Origin: Selaginella moellendorffii
Lineage: Eukaryota; Plantae; Lycopodiophyta
Direction of reading: 5' to 3'
DNA: 64,000 bases
NCBI RefSeq assembly: GCF_000143415.4
Contig: NW_003314370.1
Coordinates: 365,517-429,516, forward strand
Both the position numbers and the translations under genes were made by a program. Below are positions 62,992 to 64,000 of the stretch, in pieces (the first letter of the stretch is position 1; the number at the start of each line of letters is the position of its first letter). Under the pieces are notes generated by a model that was not told the DNA's origin, did not search any database, and saw only the letters and a list, made by a program, of their open reading frames with translations.

Positions 62992-64000
62992 ATGGTGGAG
63001 GTCGAGAAGGCGCCGATGGCGATGCCGGTGGATGCGAGCGAGCGCGAGGAGGGGGAAATCGTGGCGTCCCCCAAATCCATCGTCAAGGAGAAGCATCCGC
63101 TGGAGCACTCGTGGACGTTTTGGTTCGATAACCCTAGCGGTAAGAACAAGCAGCAGCAGTGGGGAAGCTCATTGCGGCCGGTCTACACCGTGAGCACTGT
63201 CGAGGATTTCTGGTGGTAAGCCCCTCGATCCATGCCCCTTGCTTTCGATTCTGGGATCTAAGATACAAATGCGCCTCTATTTCTTTGCAGTCTCTACAAT
63301 AATCTCGTGCAGCCGGGTCGATTGATCAGTGGGGCGGACTTTCACTGCTTCAAGGAGGGAATCAAGCCCGAGTGGGAAGATCCGAGGTGTGCGAATGGGG
63401 GGAAATGGACTGCTGCTCCACCGCGAGGTAGCAAGCAAGCGCTGGATCAGTTCTGGCTAAACACTGTGAGTATAAGAGAGATTTCTCTCGTCTTTCATCG
63501 TGGCTTTTCTGCTTACATTCTTGTTCTTCCAGCTGCTCGCTTTGATCGGTGAGCAATTCGATGAGGCTGATGAGATCTGTGGCGTGGTGGTGAGCGTGAG
63601 GCCGAGAGGAGATAAGCTCTCCTTATGGACCAAGACGGCTAACAACGAAGCCGCTCAGGTAAAGAGATCTTCTCTTTCCTTCTCTTCGTTTTGGTTGAGT
63701 TCTCTAGCATGTTTCTTCTTGTTCTAGCTTTGCTTTTTTCCTTTAGCAAGCTTTGAATGGTTCTTTCATAAGATTTGTTTTCTATTAGTTTTTGCCTTGT
63801 CCTTGCCCGAGCTCTGAAAAGTTTCCTTGTTTTGGGCGATTCCAGATGAGCATTGGAAGGCAATGGAAGGAGTTTCTCGAGTACCAGGACAGGATCAACT
63901 TCATGTTTCACGTAAGAATCTCTTTATTCTCATTCTGCCCAATCGCTTTAACTTTTGGTCCTACTTTTTCCAGGAGGATGCAAAGCGTGGTGATTCGAAG
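62992..64000 (+). CDS. eIF4E: Eukaryotic translation initiation factor 4E (runs off the window end)
   Basis: [79 protein letters not shown]. Confidence 0.96.

Overview
Very compact eukaryotic nuclear DNA from a land plant: introns are mostly 50-70 nt, intergenic gaps are often under 200 bp, and there are intronless PLS-class PPR genes. This style suggests a lycophyte such as Selaginella (inference). The window holds about 22 protein-coding genes: 2 PPR, RMT2-like methyltransferase, PSRP4, a UbiA prenyltransferase, TPR-SET, ABCG/PDR, WD40, an NTPase-nuclease, HAC/CBP, G3Pp, a Pro-rich membrane protein, ITPK4, DUF579, nucleolin, NDUFS8, MRPL47, CysRS, RCC1-FYVE-BRX, PBG1, TML, partial eIF4E and one orphan ORF. 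It also has one tRNA-Leu(CAA), a DnaJ pseudogene and two AT-rich decayed regions (1-4.3 kb and 26.4-34.9 kb). The best leads are: (1) an intact, intronless, GC-rich P-loop NTPase + PD-(D/E)XK-like nuclease gene (Crinkler/RHS-like, no header domain) inside the AT-rich island next to a Gypsy relic; (2) an unannotated ~148-nt miRNA-like hairpin in a predicted 3' UTR intron; (3) a plastid-type UbiA enzyme carrying the archaeal DGGGP-synthase-like signature; (4) tandem duplications that copy exon-intron junctions in two housekeeping genes. Gene models were assembled by eye and no database searches were run.
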